Shown here piece by piece: positions 1 through 12,442 of a DNA stretch of 64,000 nucleotides. The notes beneath the pieces are model-generated. The model was not told where the DNA came from, did not search any database, and saw only the letters and a program-made list of their open reading frames with translations. This DNA is from Chiloscyllium plagiosum (taxonomy: Eukaryota), in contig NC_057719.1 of the NCBI RefSeq assembly GCF_004010195.1, positions 75,314,597 through 75,378,596 of the forward strand. Reading direction: 5' to 3'. Position numbers and translations under genes: made by a program. Positions within the stretch are counted from its first letter, which is position 1, and the number at the start of each line of letters is the position of its first letter.

Positions 1-95
1 TTCTCCTGTTCCCTGGATGCTGCCTGACCTGCTGCGCTTTTCCAGCAACACATTTTCAGCTCTGATCTCCAGCAAATGGAGACCTCACTTTCTCC
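1..95 (+). mobile_element. Family A Penelope-derived short element, 3' arm (cut by window edge)
   Basis: Near-exact reverse complement of the left arm at 7267-7360; ends in ...cctcactttctc like the other family A copies. Confidence 0.8.
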
Positions 96-879
96 TCTCC
101 CTCTCACAGGCTGAAAGGCATGATGGTCACAAAAGGGGCTACCAGGACTCCTGACCTCCTCAGGCCTGATAACAGCAGCATGAAAACACGTGGAATTTAA
201 CAGGGCACTGTAGCAGTCAGGAGTCTAACTGAGGGCAATATTGCAGATGGGTTCTGGTCTAGGGGACTCAGGTGTGAGTTTTGATGGAGGGGGATACGGG
301 CTAACAATGATGAGGATACACACGCTGCTGTCACAGTGGCTGTGGATCTCAGTCCTTGAAGGAGCAACAGAGTCTCTCGCAATGGTCTGCCCTCTAATGG
401 GGTCACCAGGATTGTGAAGCACTGCTCCATGAAGCTGCCCTCTTCTCTTAGAGCTTCCAACATACCACTCCGCCCGGCCTCTCAGCCGACCTAGACCGTT
501 GTCATCAAAAGATGGTTGTTGCAGTCTGAAGTTGGGCCCTCAATGTGCAGAATTGCTCAAAACCATTCTGAAAATCCGTCTGTAACCTCTCTGACCAAAA
601 GGTTTCTGCATTAGAGCACCAGGACAGGCGCTCGCGATACAGACATTGATTGGATGCTGAAGGCTGCAGAGCTAATTTCTGTTTGTACAGGTAAATGTGG
701 TAATAAAGTTATGAAAACATCAATTTTTTTTAATTGCAGGACCTTGGCCAATGTGAAAAGTAATGGGGTGTCTTGTCTGGATATAAATATCGATCAACTC
801 ACCAGTAGCTCTGACCTCCATAATCATGAGGTGCTTCGAGGGGCTGGTCATGGCCCATATCAACTCTAACCTCCCAACC

Positions 880-2120
880 TGTGTCAATCTCCTGCAATTT
901 TCCTACTGATGTAACAGGACACGGATGCCATTCCCCTAGCCCTGCACTCATCCCTGGAGCATCTGGATAACAGGGCCACCTATGTCAACCTCCTGCTCAT
1001 TAATTACAGCTCCACCTTCATCTCCTCCAGACTGATCTCAAAACTCCATGATCTTGGTCTTAGCTCTACCCTCTGCAACTGGATCCTCAGCTTTCTGACC
1101 TACAGACCGCAATCATAAAGATAGGTCACTGCACCTCCTCCACAATAACACTCTACACTGGAACTCTCCAAGCATGCATCCTCAGATCCCCTACTGTGCT
1201 CCCTGTGCACCCACAACTGTGTTGCCAAATTTGAAATGAACACCATTGACAAGTTTGCTGATGACACCACTGTGGTAGGTCGGATATCTAACAGTGACGA
1301 GTCAACATCCAGAAGGGAGATAGAGGGCTTGTTGACTTGGTGCAATGAGAACAATCTCTCTCTCAATGTCAGCAAAACTAAATAATTGATCATTGACTTC
1401 AGAAAGAAAAGTGGAGAACATGCCCCATCTACATCAACAGAACTGAGGTTGAGAGGGCGGAGAGTGTCAAGTTCCTCAGAGTGACGATAACCAACCACCT
1501 GTCCTGGACTTCCCACATAGATGTGATGGTCAAGAAGGCACAACAACGGGTCTTCTTCCTCAGGCAGGTCAGAAAACTTGGCATGTCCACAAAGACTCTC
1601 ACCCAACTTTTCCAGATGCGCCAATGAAAGCATACTCTCTGGGTAAATAACGGTCTGGTATGGCAACTGCTCTGCCCAGGACCGTAAGAAACTACAGAGG
1701 GTGATGTGCACAGCCCAGATCATCACAGAAACCAACCTTCCATCCATGGACTCCATTTACATGGCTCACTGCTGTGGAAAGGCTGCCAACATCATCAATG
1801 ACCCATTGCACTGTGGTAATGATCTCACACAACCTCTTCTGTCAGGCAGAAGATACACAAGCCTGAACACATGCACCTGCAGGTTCAGGAACAACTTCTT
1901 CCTGGCCATTATTAGACTGATGAGCAGACTGTCTGGCCTCAAATAATTCTGATCTTGCCAACGTTGATCTCGCGTGGCGCACACGCGCGCCCTGTGCAAT
2001 GTAACCTGTATGCCTCTGTCTAAGTCTTTTTGATCTGCACGTTTTTGCTTACTATGATCTGCCTGCATTGCTCATAAACAAAGCTTTTCACTGTACTTCT
2101 GTACACATGACAAAAAATAA
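880..2120 (+). mobile_element. 5'-truncated Rex1/Babar-type non-LTR retrotransposon (decayed RT and 3' UTR)
   Basis: Frameshifted RT motifs: [61 protein letters not shown]; 3' tail aaagcttttcactgtac...aaaaaataa. Confidence 0.8.
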
Positions 2121-2311
2121 TCTTGTCAACTCCAGCGAAACACTCCCAGCATGTCCAACCTTTCCTCATAAGACAACCCCTCACTTCAGTATCAATATGG
2201 TAACTCTCCTTTGAACCACCTTCAATCCTTAAATAAGGAAACCAAAATGGTTTGGAGAACTCATCGTGTTGTCTCTCTGGTGCCTTGTATAATTGAGAAA
2301 TATTCTTGATT

Positions 2312-2537
2312 TTATCAAAAACTAAAACAGAAGTTGCTGGAAAAGCTCAGCAGGTCTGGCAGTATCTGTGAAGAGAAACCAGAGTTAACGTTTTGGGTCT
2401 GGTGTTCTGAGGAAGGGCCACTAGACCCGAAACGTTAACTCTGATTTCTTTTCACAGATGCTGCTGGACCTGCTGAGCTTTTCCAGTAACTTCTGTTTTC
2501 GATTCTGATTTACAGCATCTGCAGTTCTTTCAGTTTT
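2312..2537. mobile_element. Family B hairpin element with hammerhead motif
   Basis: Arms ~2326-2404 and ~2419-2499 are inverted repeats; TSD tattcttgatt (2301-2311) / tattcttaatt (2538-2548). Confidence 0.8.
2404..2439 (+). ncRNA. Minimal hammerhead ribozyme motif (PLE type)
   Basis: GUU-CUGAGGA-A-GGGCC-ACUA-GACCC-GAAA-CGUU-AAC: intact core, helix I GUU/AAC, helix II 4 of 5 bp, palindromic ACGU helix III. Confidence 0.65.
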
Positions 2538-4829
2538 TATTCTTAATTCAATTCAAGGCAGGTGGATCCAAGACCAACAATAAGAAGGAACTATTGTTGA
2601 GTTAACATGGACAGCTGGGACCGTATTTAGTGGAAGGTCATAAAAGGAGAAATTGAAGAGCCTTTGTATTCTTGAGAAGAATATTGGTACAAGCGTGGAC
2701 TTTGATCCTGCGCAAGAGTGGAAACCCACACGAAACTCCCCAAATAGCCAATAAATTTAGACTCAAGCTGAGGAAAGGAGAGGGAACCATAAACATCAGA
2801 ACCAAATCTGAGTGAGATCAGAAAGAGGTGTAAAACAAACTCAGAGACTAACTTTGTATGGTTTAGGATCAAATGGGGGAAGGTATAAAAAAGGAGAAAG
2901 GAGGACTTGGGCGGAGATGTGAAATAATTGTCTATCAACATTAGTCTAAGGTATTATGATCTACTTATGACGTAAGATCAATTGTCTCTCCTGAGAGAGA
3001 AATCTCCAGGAGGAGACATTCTGAGCTTGGGCACATCCACGACTAAGCATATAGCCATGCTGTAAATCAAAGGTTACTGGTTAAATGTATACAGGGCCTT
3101 GTGGAGTCAGCTAATAGACCATTGGGTCACTTCAGCCCAAACAGAAGATGAAACAGTGACAGCCCCCGGTTCTGTTGCAGACTTCAATGGAGATTTCACA
3201 TCCAATGGGTATCAAACAAGTTTCTCAGATTTCTGAGGAGGAATATTTGTTAAAACAATGAAAAAATTAGAGTTCTAAATTACCAGACACTTGTTTGTCC
3301 ATTCCTAGGGTATATTGTGTCTGGGATCATTGTACAATGAGAGCCATAAGTTAGATTGAAGCAATATAAAAATATGCTGCAGGAATCAGTTTGATAAGTA
3401 CTCCTGTATCACATCCTTGATCAAAGAATGGGAATCACTACAGAAAGAAACATAGATTGAGAAAATTCTATAAAATGTCATATGGACTGATGGTGATTGA
3501 CAGAAACAAGTACTTGCCATCCTTCAGTAATGACACAGCACCAGTAGAGCCATCTATCCAAGCTATAAAGACCATCATTTTACCACAACAGCTCACTGAC
3601 AATCTTTCTTCCTTTGGACAGTCCCACAAGGAAACAAGCTGTGAAAGGAAATATCCACAGTCCCATCAACTTGATATTACTTCGATTACTTACAGTGTGG
3701 AAACTTTGCGATTTGTCTTCAGTTTATTTCTATTTAAATGTTTTCAGTCTGAGGGCTACTGTCTCAGCAGCTGAGGCCTTGTTTAGCTAGCACTACCCTT
3801 TTAAATGTTGGTGGAACACAGATGTTAGTCTGTGAAACCAACACAACTAATGTAGAAGAGGCAGTAGCAGATTTGATGTGTACAACTGACCAATTTATTT
3901 GTTTATTAAATGGAATTCAGATGGTGAGTGTTAACTTGGAAATTCAGCTAAGCTCATATATGTATCAGAAAGCTAAATCTCCATTACATTTGGAGGTATA
4001 TATGTGTTACTGTAAATGAAAATTTATAATTATTTGTCGAGTTTTATCCTTTACTACCTGCTTTTCTGAGTTGGAATGCCAAGATCTCTGCCATCCCTGA
4101 CTGGCTGCACCAATTCACCAAAACTCTTCTCAAGAAAATCACAGTACCTGATCAAATTTTGTACAGAAACAGATGGGTGAAAGTTACCTCACTTGTAAGT
4201 TGGGTACCATGTGGTTAATGCATGTTCAACCAAAAATGATGAGTACGTGGACACTGAACATCCGAGGACTACGATCCCATAAAATGTATCAGATCAGCAT
4301 GAACGGTTGTGAGACATCACCATCTGGTCACTCCTGACATTTACAATGCACACACACAGCATGCCTGCAGTAACCCCTTAGCTAGGACATGCACTATATC
4401 TGAAGTGCATCATTTACCATTTTGTTACTTTACAGCTTCTCTAACCCCAACTCAGCAATGCTGTGCTGCCCAGTGCCATGCCTTTAATCCATTTAAAGTA
4501 CAAATGTTACCTGAATACACCAAGACAATATAATGTTGTGCTTATTTAATCATTTGCATTTATGAAGGATATTTTACATAACGTGTGGCATTGGTCCAGG
4601 ACACTGTTCAAATTAGTAATATGATGACCCTGTCAAATTTCTCCAGAAAAAATAATCTTGCACACATTTATAAAGTTATTGTTTGTAACAATTGTGATTC
4701 ATACCAAAATGTCACTTGCATTTTCATATGTGCGCCAACTGAGTGATCAAATCCCATGTAATAACTATTCATTTATTTAGACGTATTGCCATTCTCAGCA
4801 CTGAGAGAGGCCTTTTCACACCAGTTAAC

Positions 4830-5270
4830 ATAAATCTTATTACATTAATTCCATTTTCCAGCTCCTAACCCACTGCCCTAGAAGTTATGGCAACACAAGT
4901 GAATGTCTAGATACTGTGTAAATTTTATCAGAGTTCCTGACTCAACCCCCTCTCAGACAGTGAGTCCCAGTCTCCCACCTCTGTCTGGGTGAATCAATTT
5001 CTCCTCAACTCTCCTCTTACCCTTTTAACTCTTACAATAAATCTCTGCCTGCTGGTTGTTGGCCCTTCTACTAATTGGAAAAAAAGTGTCTTCCTAAGTA
5101 CAGTATTGTTGCCCCTCATACTCTTATACACTTCTATCAGGTTCCCTCTCAATGCTCACTGCTCCAAATAAACCAAGACCAGTCAATTCAATCTTTCCTG
5201 ATAGCAGAGACTCACCATCCCAGGTAGCATCCTAGTGATTTTCCTCTGCACCCTCTCTTGTGCAATCTTG
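4830..5270 (-). mobile_element. Degenerate CR1-clade LINE 3' fragment
   Basis: Reverse strand resembles the CR1 ORF2 C-terminus/3' end seen elsewhere in the window. Confidence 0.55.
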
Positions 5271-6471
5271 CTAGAGAGTTTATTAATTACATGTTAGATT
5301 AAATTTTAATCAAGTTTTCAACAAATTCATTAAAGTTCCTATTTTAGGATGGCACAGAGGTTATTCAATGTAGTTCTCTTGTGTACTTACTTGGAATAAA
5401 TAAGTTGTGTCTGATCATTTAATTTGTCACAGAGTTAATGAAATGGCATTTATTCAGGTTTAATGAGGAGAGTGCTGATAGAGTCACAGATGATTTCTGT
5501 AATTAATGTCTATCGTGGTAACGGTGCCAGATTACAATGTCGTTACCACCAAAAGATTGACATTGTATTTGCCTAGTAAATTATGGACTATCTCCTGCCA
5601 CTACAAAGTTACAGGAAGTTGGTGATGCTGGCACCATTGATACATTCCTGGGACAGGAAGCCGAACAACAAACTGCCTGAGACTGGACCTAAACCAGGAA
5701 GACTCACTGCTGCTCTGAGAAGAGAAAACAGCAATGATTTTCCATAACAGCCCCTTCCCATTCTCTACTAGGGAATGGGATCTTTCCATTGATGATTGTT
5801 CTAAGCCTTAGTATTCCAATCACAGGGAGTGCTGGTGGTAGCAGTCTCTGGATATGCACTGAGCTGACTCAGCCTCTGACATTTTCAATCAGTTTCCTCA
5901 ATATTACGGCATGCAGCATGTGTGGCATAGCCCCTGTCCCCCAGTGTGGATGAGTAACAAGCCTAGCAGTGGTTGGAAGTGGCTTATTGTTTTCATGTGA
6001 ACAGTTAGTCAATGGGAGCAGCAATTAGAAACCTCATCCCACTCAGTCAGTCAGGGATTCCATGCCCTGCAACACTCTAATTCTGTGCATGCACTCATGA
6101 TGCTCCATCTAGTGGTGATGTGTGTCTTAGACAAATCCAATAAATTAGCAGGTTTTAATAAGATGACTGTTCGAGATAAGAGGATGAGGTGAATTGGATT
6201 GCTTTGTTGTCCTCCTCTTCAATTTGTAAGCAGAGGTGTTTCAATTTTTCCATATTTTTTTTTCCCTTTTGAGGTAGACTGGACCCTCTGTTTGCAACGT
6301 CCAATTTAAAAAAAAAATGACCTGCTGAAAAATCCTGTTTGTTAAAATAGAGCTATGGACTATTCATGCATTCCAATCTGTGGGACGATTGTAACGTTAC
6401 ACACATAAGCATACAAGGACGAGAAATGATAAGAAGGAAAGGAAAGCAATTAAGAAGAATTCAATAAAAAC

Positions 6472-6857
6472 AGGCTGAGGGGTGACCTATTAGAGGTTTA
6501 CAAAATTATGAGGGGCATGGATAGGGTAAAAAGTCCTTTCCCTGAGGTCGGGGAGTCCAGAACTAGAGGGCATAGGTTTAGGGTGAGAGGGGAAAGATAT
6601 AAAAGAGACCTAAGGGGCAACTTTTTCACACAGAGGGTGGTACGTGTATGGAATGAGCTGCCAGAGGAAGTGGTGGAAGCTGGTACAATTGCAACATTTA
6701 AGAGGCATTTGGATGGGTATATGAATAGGAAGGGTTTGGAGGGATATGGGCCGGGTGGTGGCAGGTGGGACTAGACTGGGTTGGGATATCTGGTCGGCAT
6801 GGACAGGTTGGACCAAAGGGTCTGTTTCTATGCTGTACATCTCTATGACTCTATGAC
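6472..6857 (+). mobile_element. HER1/CR1 LINE 3' fragment (young)
   Basis: SRTRGHRFRVRGERYKRDLRGNFFTQRVVRVWNELPEEVVEA; (ctatgact)n tail; near-identical to 10585-10973. Confidence 0.9.
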
Positions 6858-7266
6858 ATGGACATTAAATCACGTTAAATTTAACTGAATCAAACATGTC
6901 AGTGTCCAGCGAATGTTGCTCTCTGTAGATATTTTAGTTCAGGTGAGTGTTGTTCGTGAACTCCTTTTAAAGTTGGTGAAGATACATTGATATGACATTG
7001 TTATCCACTCATTCAGCCGTTGCAAGATTTCTTCCAGAATTAAGGAGATTTAGACTACAGTCAGGCTGAGCTAAGCCTGGAGTCTGGCTGTGCTTGCACT
7101 TAGATTCTTAGCAGACTGACACAACATTAACAACAAACTGCTTCTTAGCAAACTGAAGCAAAGCAGGGTATGAATCACAATTGACTTTTCCAGAAACCAG
7201 GATATTGGTTGGGAGTGGTGGTCATTGGGGGGACTGGTCATGTGATCATGCCTGAATGAGTTCAAA

Positions 7267-7473
7267 GGAGAAAGTGAGGACTGCAGATGCTGGAGATCAG
7301 AGCTGAAAATGTGTTGCTGGAAAAGCGCAGCAGATCAGGCAGCATCCAAGGAGCAGGAGATTTGACGTTTCGGGCATGAGCCCTTCTTCAGGGCTCATGA
7401 CTGAAACATCGATTCTCCTGCTCCTTGGATGCTGCCTGACCTGATGCGCTTTTCCAGCAACACATTTTCAGCT
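7267..7473. mobile_element. Family A hairpin element with hammerhead core
   Basis: Long inverted arms; perfect 15-bp TSD ctgaatgagttcaaa (7252-7266 / 7474-7488); minus-strand CUGAAGA-A-GGGC-UCAU-GCCC-GAAA-CGUC at 7364-7391. Confidence 0.85.
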
Positions 7474-7874
7474 CTGAATGAGTTCAAATTCAACTTAATG
7501 AGGACCTTCCCTGATTCTGCTCAACCTTCATTTGTATGAAATTAGTGCCACTTCAAACATAACGTATTTCAATAGGTTCCCTTCCTCAGAACTAGGGGCT
7601 AGGGAGACATCTTGTCTACTTGTCTTTTGATGTTGAAAGACTGGAAGATCCACACATCACAAGGATGGGCCATTCCAGGAAGATAACTAGATTTATCCTG
7701 GTTACTCCCAATAGGAACATTTTTGTAATAGTGTGGTCCACCTTCTTCATGTGATTAGCAATGGCTATGTTTTAGTCCAGCAGAGCTAATTTTAAAATAT
7801 AAACTAATATTGCCTTTAAAACAATATATAATCTCTTCATGACCCAAGGACATCACAGTGATGACAGGTCCTCA

Positions 7875-8179
7875 ATGGGAGGATTGATCTTTGAGGAGAG
7901 ATTGAATCAGTTAGGATTGTATTCATGGAGTTTAAAAGAATGGGGGATGGGAGAGGGATTTTATATAAATATATAAAATTCTAACAGGATTAGGCAAGTT
8001 AGATGCAGGAAGGGTGTTCCCAATGGTCAAGGAGTCCAGATCATAGTTTATTGATACGGGATAAATCTTTTAGGACTGAGATGAGGAGAAATTTCTTCAC
8101 CCAGAGTGTGGTGAGCCTGTGGAATTAACCACCACAGAACATGGTTGAGGTCAAAACATTATATATTTTCAAGAAAAAG
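7875..8179 (+). mobile_element. Older CR1 3' fragment, left part (split by HER1 insertion)
   Basis: gagatgaggagaaatttcttcacccagagtgtggtgagcctgtggaatt; sequence resumes at 10974. Confidence 0.7.
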
Positions 8180-10973
8180 TGGGGGAGTAATATACTGGCA
8201 GGGAGATTTGCTAGAGCTGCTCAGGAGGATGTAAACTAGTAAGGTGGGGGCGTGGGATTGTGGGACCCAGGGAGATAGTGAGGAAAGGTTTCAACCTGAG
8301 ACTGGTACAGTTGAGAACAAAAGTGAGTCAAACAGTCAGAGCAGGCAGAGACAAAGCAGAGAAGAAGGTAGGACGGATAAATTAAACTGCATTTATTTCA
8401 ATGCAAGAGGCCTAACATGGAAGGCAGATGAACTCAGGGCATGGTTACGAACATGGAGTGGGATATCATAGCAATTACAGAAACATGGCTCAGGGATGGA
8501 CAGGACTGGCAGCTTAATGTTCCAGGATTCAAATGCTACAGGAAGGACAGAAAGGGAGGCAAGAGAGGAGAGCAGTATGTGGATGTACCGACTAGAGAAG
8601 GTACAAAACTTGACCTACTCTTGGGAAATAAGGCAGGACAGGTGACTGAGGGATCAGTGGGGGAGCACTTTGGGGCCAGCGACAATAATTCTATTAATTT
8701 TAAGGGGAGCACTTTGGGGCCAGCGACAATAATTCTATTAATTTTAAAATAATGATGGAAAAAGATAGACTAGATCTAAAAGTTGAAGTTCTAAATTGGA
8801 GGAGGGGCAATTTTGATGGTATTGGGCAAGAACTTTCAAAAGCTGATTGGGGGCAGATGTTCGCAGGTAAAGGGACGACTGGAAAATGGAAAGCCTTCAG
8901 AAATGAGATGATGAGAATCCAGAGAAAGTATATTCCTGTTAGGGTGAAAGGCAAGGCTGGTAGCTTTAGGAAATGCTGGATAAATAAAGAAATTGAGGGT
9001 TTGGTTAAGAAAAAGAAGGAAGCATATGTCAGGTATGGACAGAATAGACCAAGTGAATTCTTAGAAGAGCATAAAGACAATAGGAGCATACTTGAGAGAG
9101 AAATCAGGAGGGGAAAAAGGGGACATGAGATAGCTTTGCGAATTAGAGTTAAAGAGAATCCAAAGGGGTTTTACAAATACATTAAGGACAAAAGAATAAC
9201 TGGGGAGAGAATAGGGCCCCTCAAAGATCAGCAAGGCGGCCTATGTGTGGAGTTGCAGGAGATGGGGAGATACTAAACGAGTGTTTTGCAACAGTAGTTA
9301 CTATGGAGAATGACATGGAAGATATAGAATGTAGGAAAATAGATGGTGACATATTTAAAAATGTCCATATTACAGAGGAGGAAGTGCTGAATGTCTTGAA
9401 AAGCAAAAATGTGGATGAATCTCCAGGACCTGATCAGGTGTACCCTAGAATTCGGTGTGAAGCTAGAGAAGTGATTGCTGGACCTCTTACTGAGATATTT
9501 GTGTTATCAATAGTCACAGGTGAGGTGCCGGAAGACTGGAGGTTGGCAAACTTGATGCCACTGTTTAAGAAAGGTGATAAGGACAAGCCAGGGAAGTATA
9601 GACCGATGAGCCTGATGCCAATGGTGGGCAAGTTGTTGGATGGAATCCAACAGGATGTACATGTATTTGGAAAGGCAAGGACTGATTAGGGATAGTCAAC
9701 ATGGCTTTGTGCATGGGAAATCACGTCTCACAAACTTGATTGAGTTTTTTGAAGAAGTAACAAAGAGGATTGATGGGGGCAGACCGGTAGATGTGATCTA
9801 TATGGGCTTCAGTAAGGTGTTCAACAAGGTTCCCCATGGAAGACTGGTGAGCAAGGTCCTGGAATACAGGGAGAACTAGCCATTTGGATACAGAACTGAC
9901 TCAAAAGTAGAAGACAGAGGGTGGTGGTGGAGGGTTGTTTTTCAGACTGGAGGCCTGTGATCAGTGGAGTGCCACGAGGACCGGTGCTGGGCCCTCTACC
10001 TTTTGTCATTTACATAAATGATTTGGATGTGAACATAAAAGGTACAGTTAGTAAGATTGCAGATGACACCAAAATTGGAGGTGTCGTGGACAATGAAGAA
10101 GGTTACCTCAGATTACAACGGGATCTTGATCAGATGGGCCACTGGGCTGAGAAATGGCAGATGGAGTTTAATTCAGATAAATGCAAGGTGCTGCATTTTG
10201 GGAAAGTAAATCTTAGCAGGACTTATACACTTAATGGTAAGATCCTAGGGAGTGTTGCTGAATAACGAGACCTTGGAGTACAGGTTCATAGCTCCTTGAA
10301 AGTGGAGTCGCAGGTAGATAGGATAGTGAAGAAGGCGTTTGGTATGCTTTCCTTTCGTGGTCAGAATATTGAGTACAGGAGTTGGGAGGTCATGTTGCTG
10401 CTGTACGGGACATTGTTTAAGCCACTATTGGAATATTGTGTGCAGTTCTGGTCTCCTTCCTATTGGAAAGATGTTGTGAAATTTGAAAGGGTTCAGAAAA
10501 GACTTACAAGGATGTTGGCAGGTTGGAGGATTGAGCTATAAGGAGAGGCTGAACAGGCTGGGGCTGTTTTCCCTGGAGTGTCGGAGGCTACGGGGTGACC
10601 TTATTGAGGTTTATAAAATCATGAGGGGCATGAATAGGATAAATAGACAAAGTCCTTTCCTGGGGTGGGGGAGTCCAGAACTAGAGGGCATAGGTTTAGG
10701 GTGAGAGGAGTAAGATATAAAAGAGACCTAAGAGGCAACTTTTTCACGCAGAGGGTGGTAAATGTATGGAGTGAGCAGCCAGAGGAGGTGTGGAGGCTGG
10801 TACAATTGCAACATTTAAAACGCATCTGGATGGGTATATGAATAGGAAAGGTTTGGGGGGATATGAGCCGGGTGCTGGCAGGTGGGACTAGATTGGGTTG
10901 GGATATCTGGTCGGCATGGACGGGTTGGACCGAAGTGTCTGTTTCCATGCTGTACATCTCTATGACTTTATGA
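8180..10973 (+). mobile_element. HER1/CR1 LINE, 5'-truncated, ORF1 end plus disrupted ORF2 (APE endonuclease and RT)
   Basis: ORF1 end NILAGRFARAA; ORF2 LNCIYFNARGL, DIIAITETWL, SPGPDQVYPR, QHGFVHGKSRLTNL, GVPRGPVLGP, KIADDTK, PLLEYCVQFWSP; frameshifts, stops, internal deletion near 8570; ctatgac tail. Confidence 0.93.
8660..8747 (+). repeat. Perfect 44-bp tandem duplication inside the LINE
   Basis: ggggagcactttggggccagcgacaataattctattaattttaa at 8660-8703 and 8704-8747. Confidence 0.95.
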
Positions 10974-11130
10974 GTCAATTATAGCTCTTGTGGCAAAAGG
11001 GATGAAGGGGAATGGGGTGAGTGTGGGATTGGGTATTGAGCTCGATGATCAGCCATATTGAATGGCATAGTAGACTTGAGGGGTCACATGGCCTACTCCT
11101 GCTCCTATCCTCAATGTTTCTGTGTCTCTA
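10974..11130 (+). mobile_element. Older CR1 3' end, right part
   Basis: atagctcttgtggcaaaagggatg...gatgatcagccat...ggcctactcctgctcctat, a typical CR1 3' UTR. Confidence 0.7.
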
Positions 11131-11289
11131 CCTTTATTAAAGTCAATCCATGGACTGATAACATACAGTGAATTGGGGTCCCAAAGTAAGGTTCAATGTT
11201 CAACATTGTGCATTGTCTTGTAAATGTGAAATGATATAAAGGCTGATAGATGGCTTGGCCAGTTAACCTTTGAAACAATCTATATATCT

Positions 11290-11616
11290 GGAATCATAGA
11301 AGCTCTGCAGTGTGGAAGTAGGCCATGGAATCTACACTGACCCTCCGAATAGTATCCCACCCAAGACGAATCCTATCCCTGTAACCATGCATTTCCCATG
11401 GTAAACCCACCTAGCCTACACTATGGGAAATTTAGCATGGCCAGTCCATCTAACCTGCACATCTTTGGACTGTGGGAGGAAACTGAGCTCCCGCATGGAC
11501 TTGCAGGCACAGGGCTACTGTGCAAGCTCCACACAATCAGCTGTCCAAGGATGGAATTGAACCCAGGTCCCTGGTGCTGTGAGGCAGCAGTGCTAACCAT
11601 TGAGCCACCATGCCAC
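11290..11616 (-). mobile_element. HE1-type tRNA-derived SINE
   Basis: Minus strand gtggcatggtggctcaatggttagcactgctgcctcacagcacc...gggttcaattcc (A/B box); body matches the other copies. Confidence 0.88.
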
Positions 11617-11699
11617 TTTACATGGGTGCTACAAATTTGTAGCTCTGAGAAGCGATGCATTAGTTTTTCCAAACTTAAGCTGAATGAGGCGTGATCTCC

Positions 11700-12090
11700 T
11701 GAGTGTATTGGATTAAAGGAAAGTATCAGCACGGATTTGGTTCGTAGACTCTTGGCTGTACATCCCAACCTTGCATTTTAGTCATTAGCTAGATTCAAGA
11801 ACTTCAGGGTGGCAGTGCAACATCTAGAGAATGAAGCACCAGAAAAGTGCTGTCCCTCAGATGAAATGTTAAGTCCTATGATCATTAAAGATTTCAATGA
11901 CCAATCTGAAGAAAAGGGGTTTCTCTGGATAATCTGGTCAATATCCTTCTTCCATCCAATATCAGCATAAGCACTGTACCTGGTCAATTGTTTTTTGTGG
12001 ACAACACTGTGCTTCAGTGTAAATACGTTTATGTGCAGTGTTTTTAGGTATTCCTGAGAGGCGAGGTGCAGCATGTTATAACTGCAAGTT
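11700..12090 (+). mobile_element. Ancient DeuSINE (SacSINE1/AmnSINE-like) relic
   Basis: tcagatgaaatgttaa...taaagatttcaatgacc...gaagaaaaggggtttctc...ctggtcaatat resembles the Deu domain; L2-like tail ...ataactgcaagt. Confidence 0.55.
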
Positions 12091-12442
12091 CTTGTGAAAG
12101 AATCAATAGAATAGTTTCACCTCCTCATTTCCCAGTGCGCTCTGTCGCAAAGAGACACTGACAGGAGAACAGGCGTTTCCAATCAGAAAGCAAAGCAACC
12201 AAGAAGCAAAGATAAGTCTCACACACCTCCTGGTGGCCACTTCTTGAACAACTTCTGGTTACAGAATGTCATGAATGGCAGATTCCAAAATACGTCGCAA
12301 GACTGTTATGAGGCAATTAGGAGAAAGTGAGGAACTGCAGACGCTGGAGATCAGAGTCAAGAGTGTGGTGCTGGAAAAGCACAGCAGGTCAGGCAGCAAC
12401 CGAGGAGCAAGAGAGTTCGACATTTTGGGCATAAGCCCTTCA

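Noticed and set aside
654..869. Good splice acceptor (ttttttttaattgcag near 739) followed by an open frame
   Set aside because: Weak donor, unrecognisable peptide, no partner exons found
1100..1756. 218-aa minus-strand ORF (longest in the track)
   Set aside because: Antisense shadow of the Rex1/Babar RT on the plus strand
4187..4335. Minus-strand candidate exon
   Set aside because: Stop codons in all three frames
7267..7473. Hairpins as pre-miRNA or MITE
   Set aside because: Multi-copy, asymmetric arms, long variable TSDs and single-arm versions fit PLE retro-insertion better
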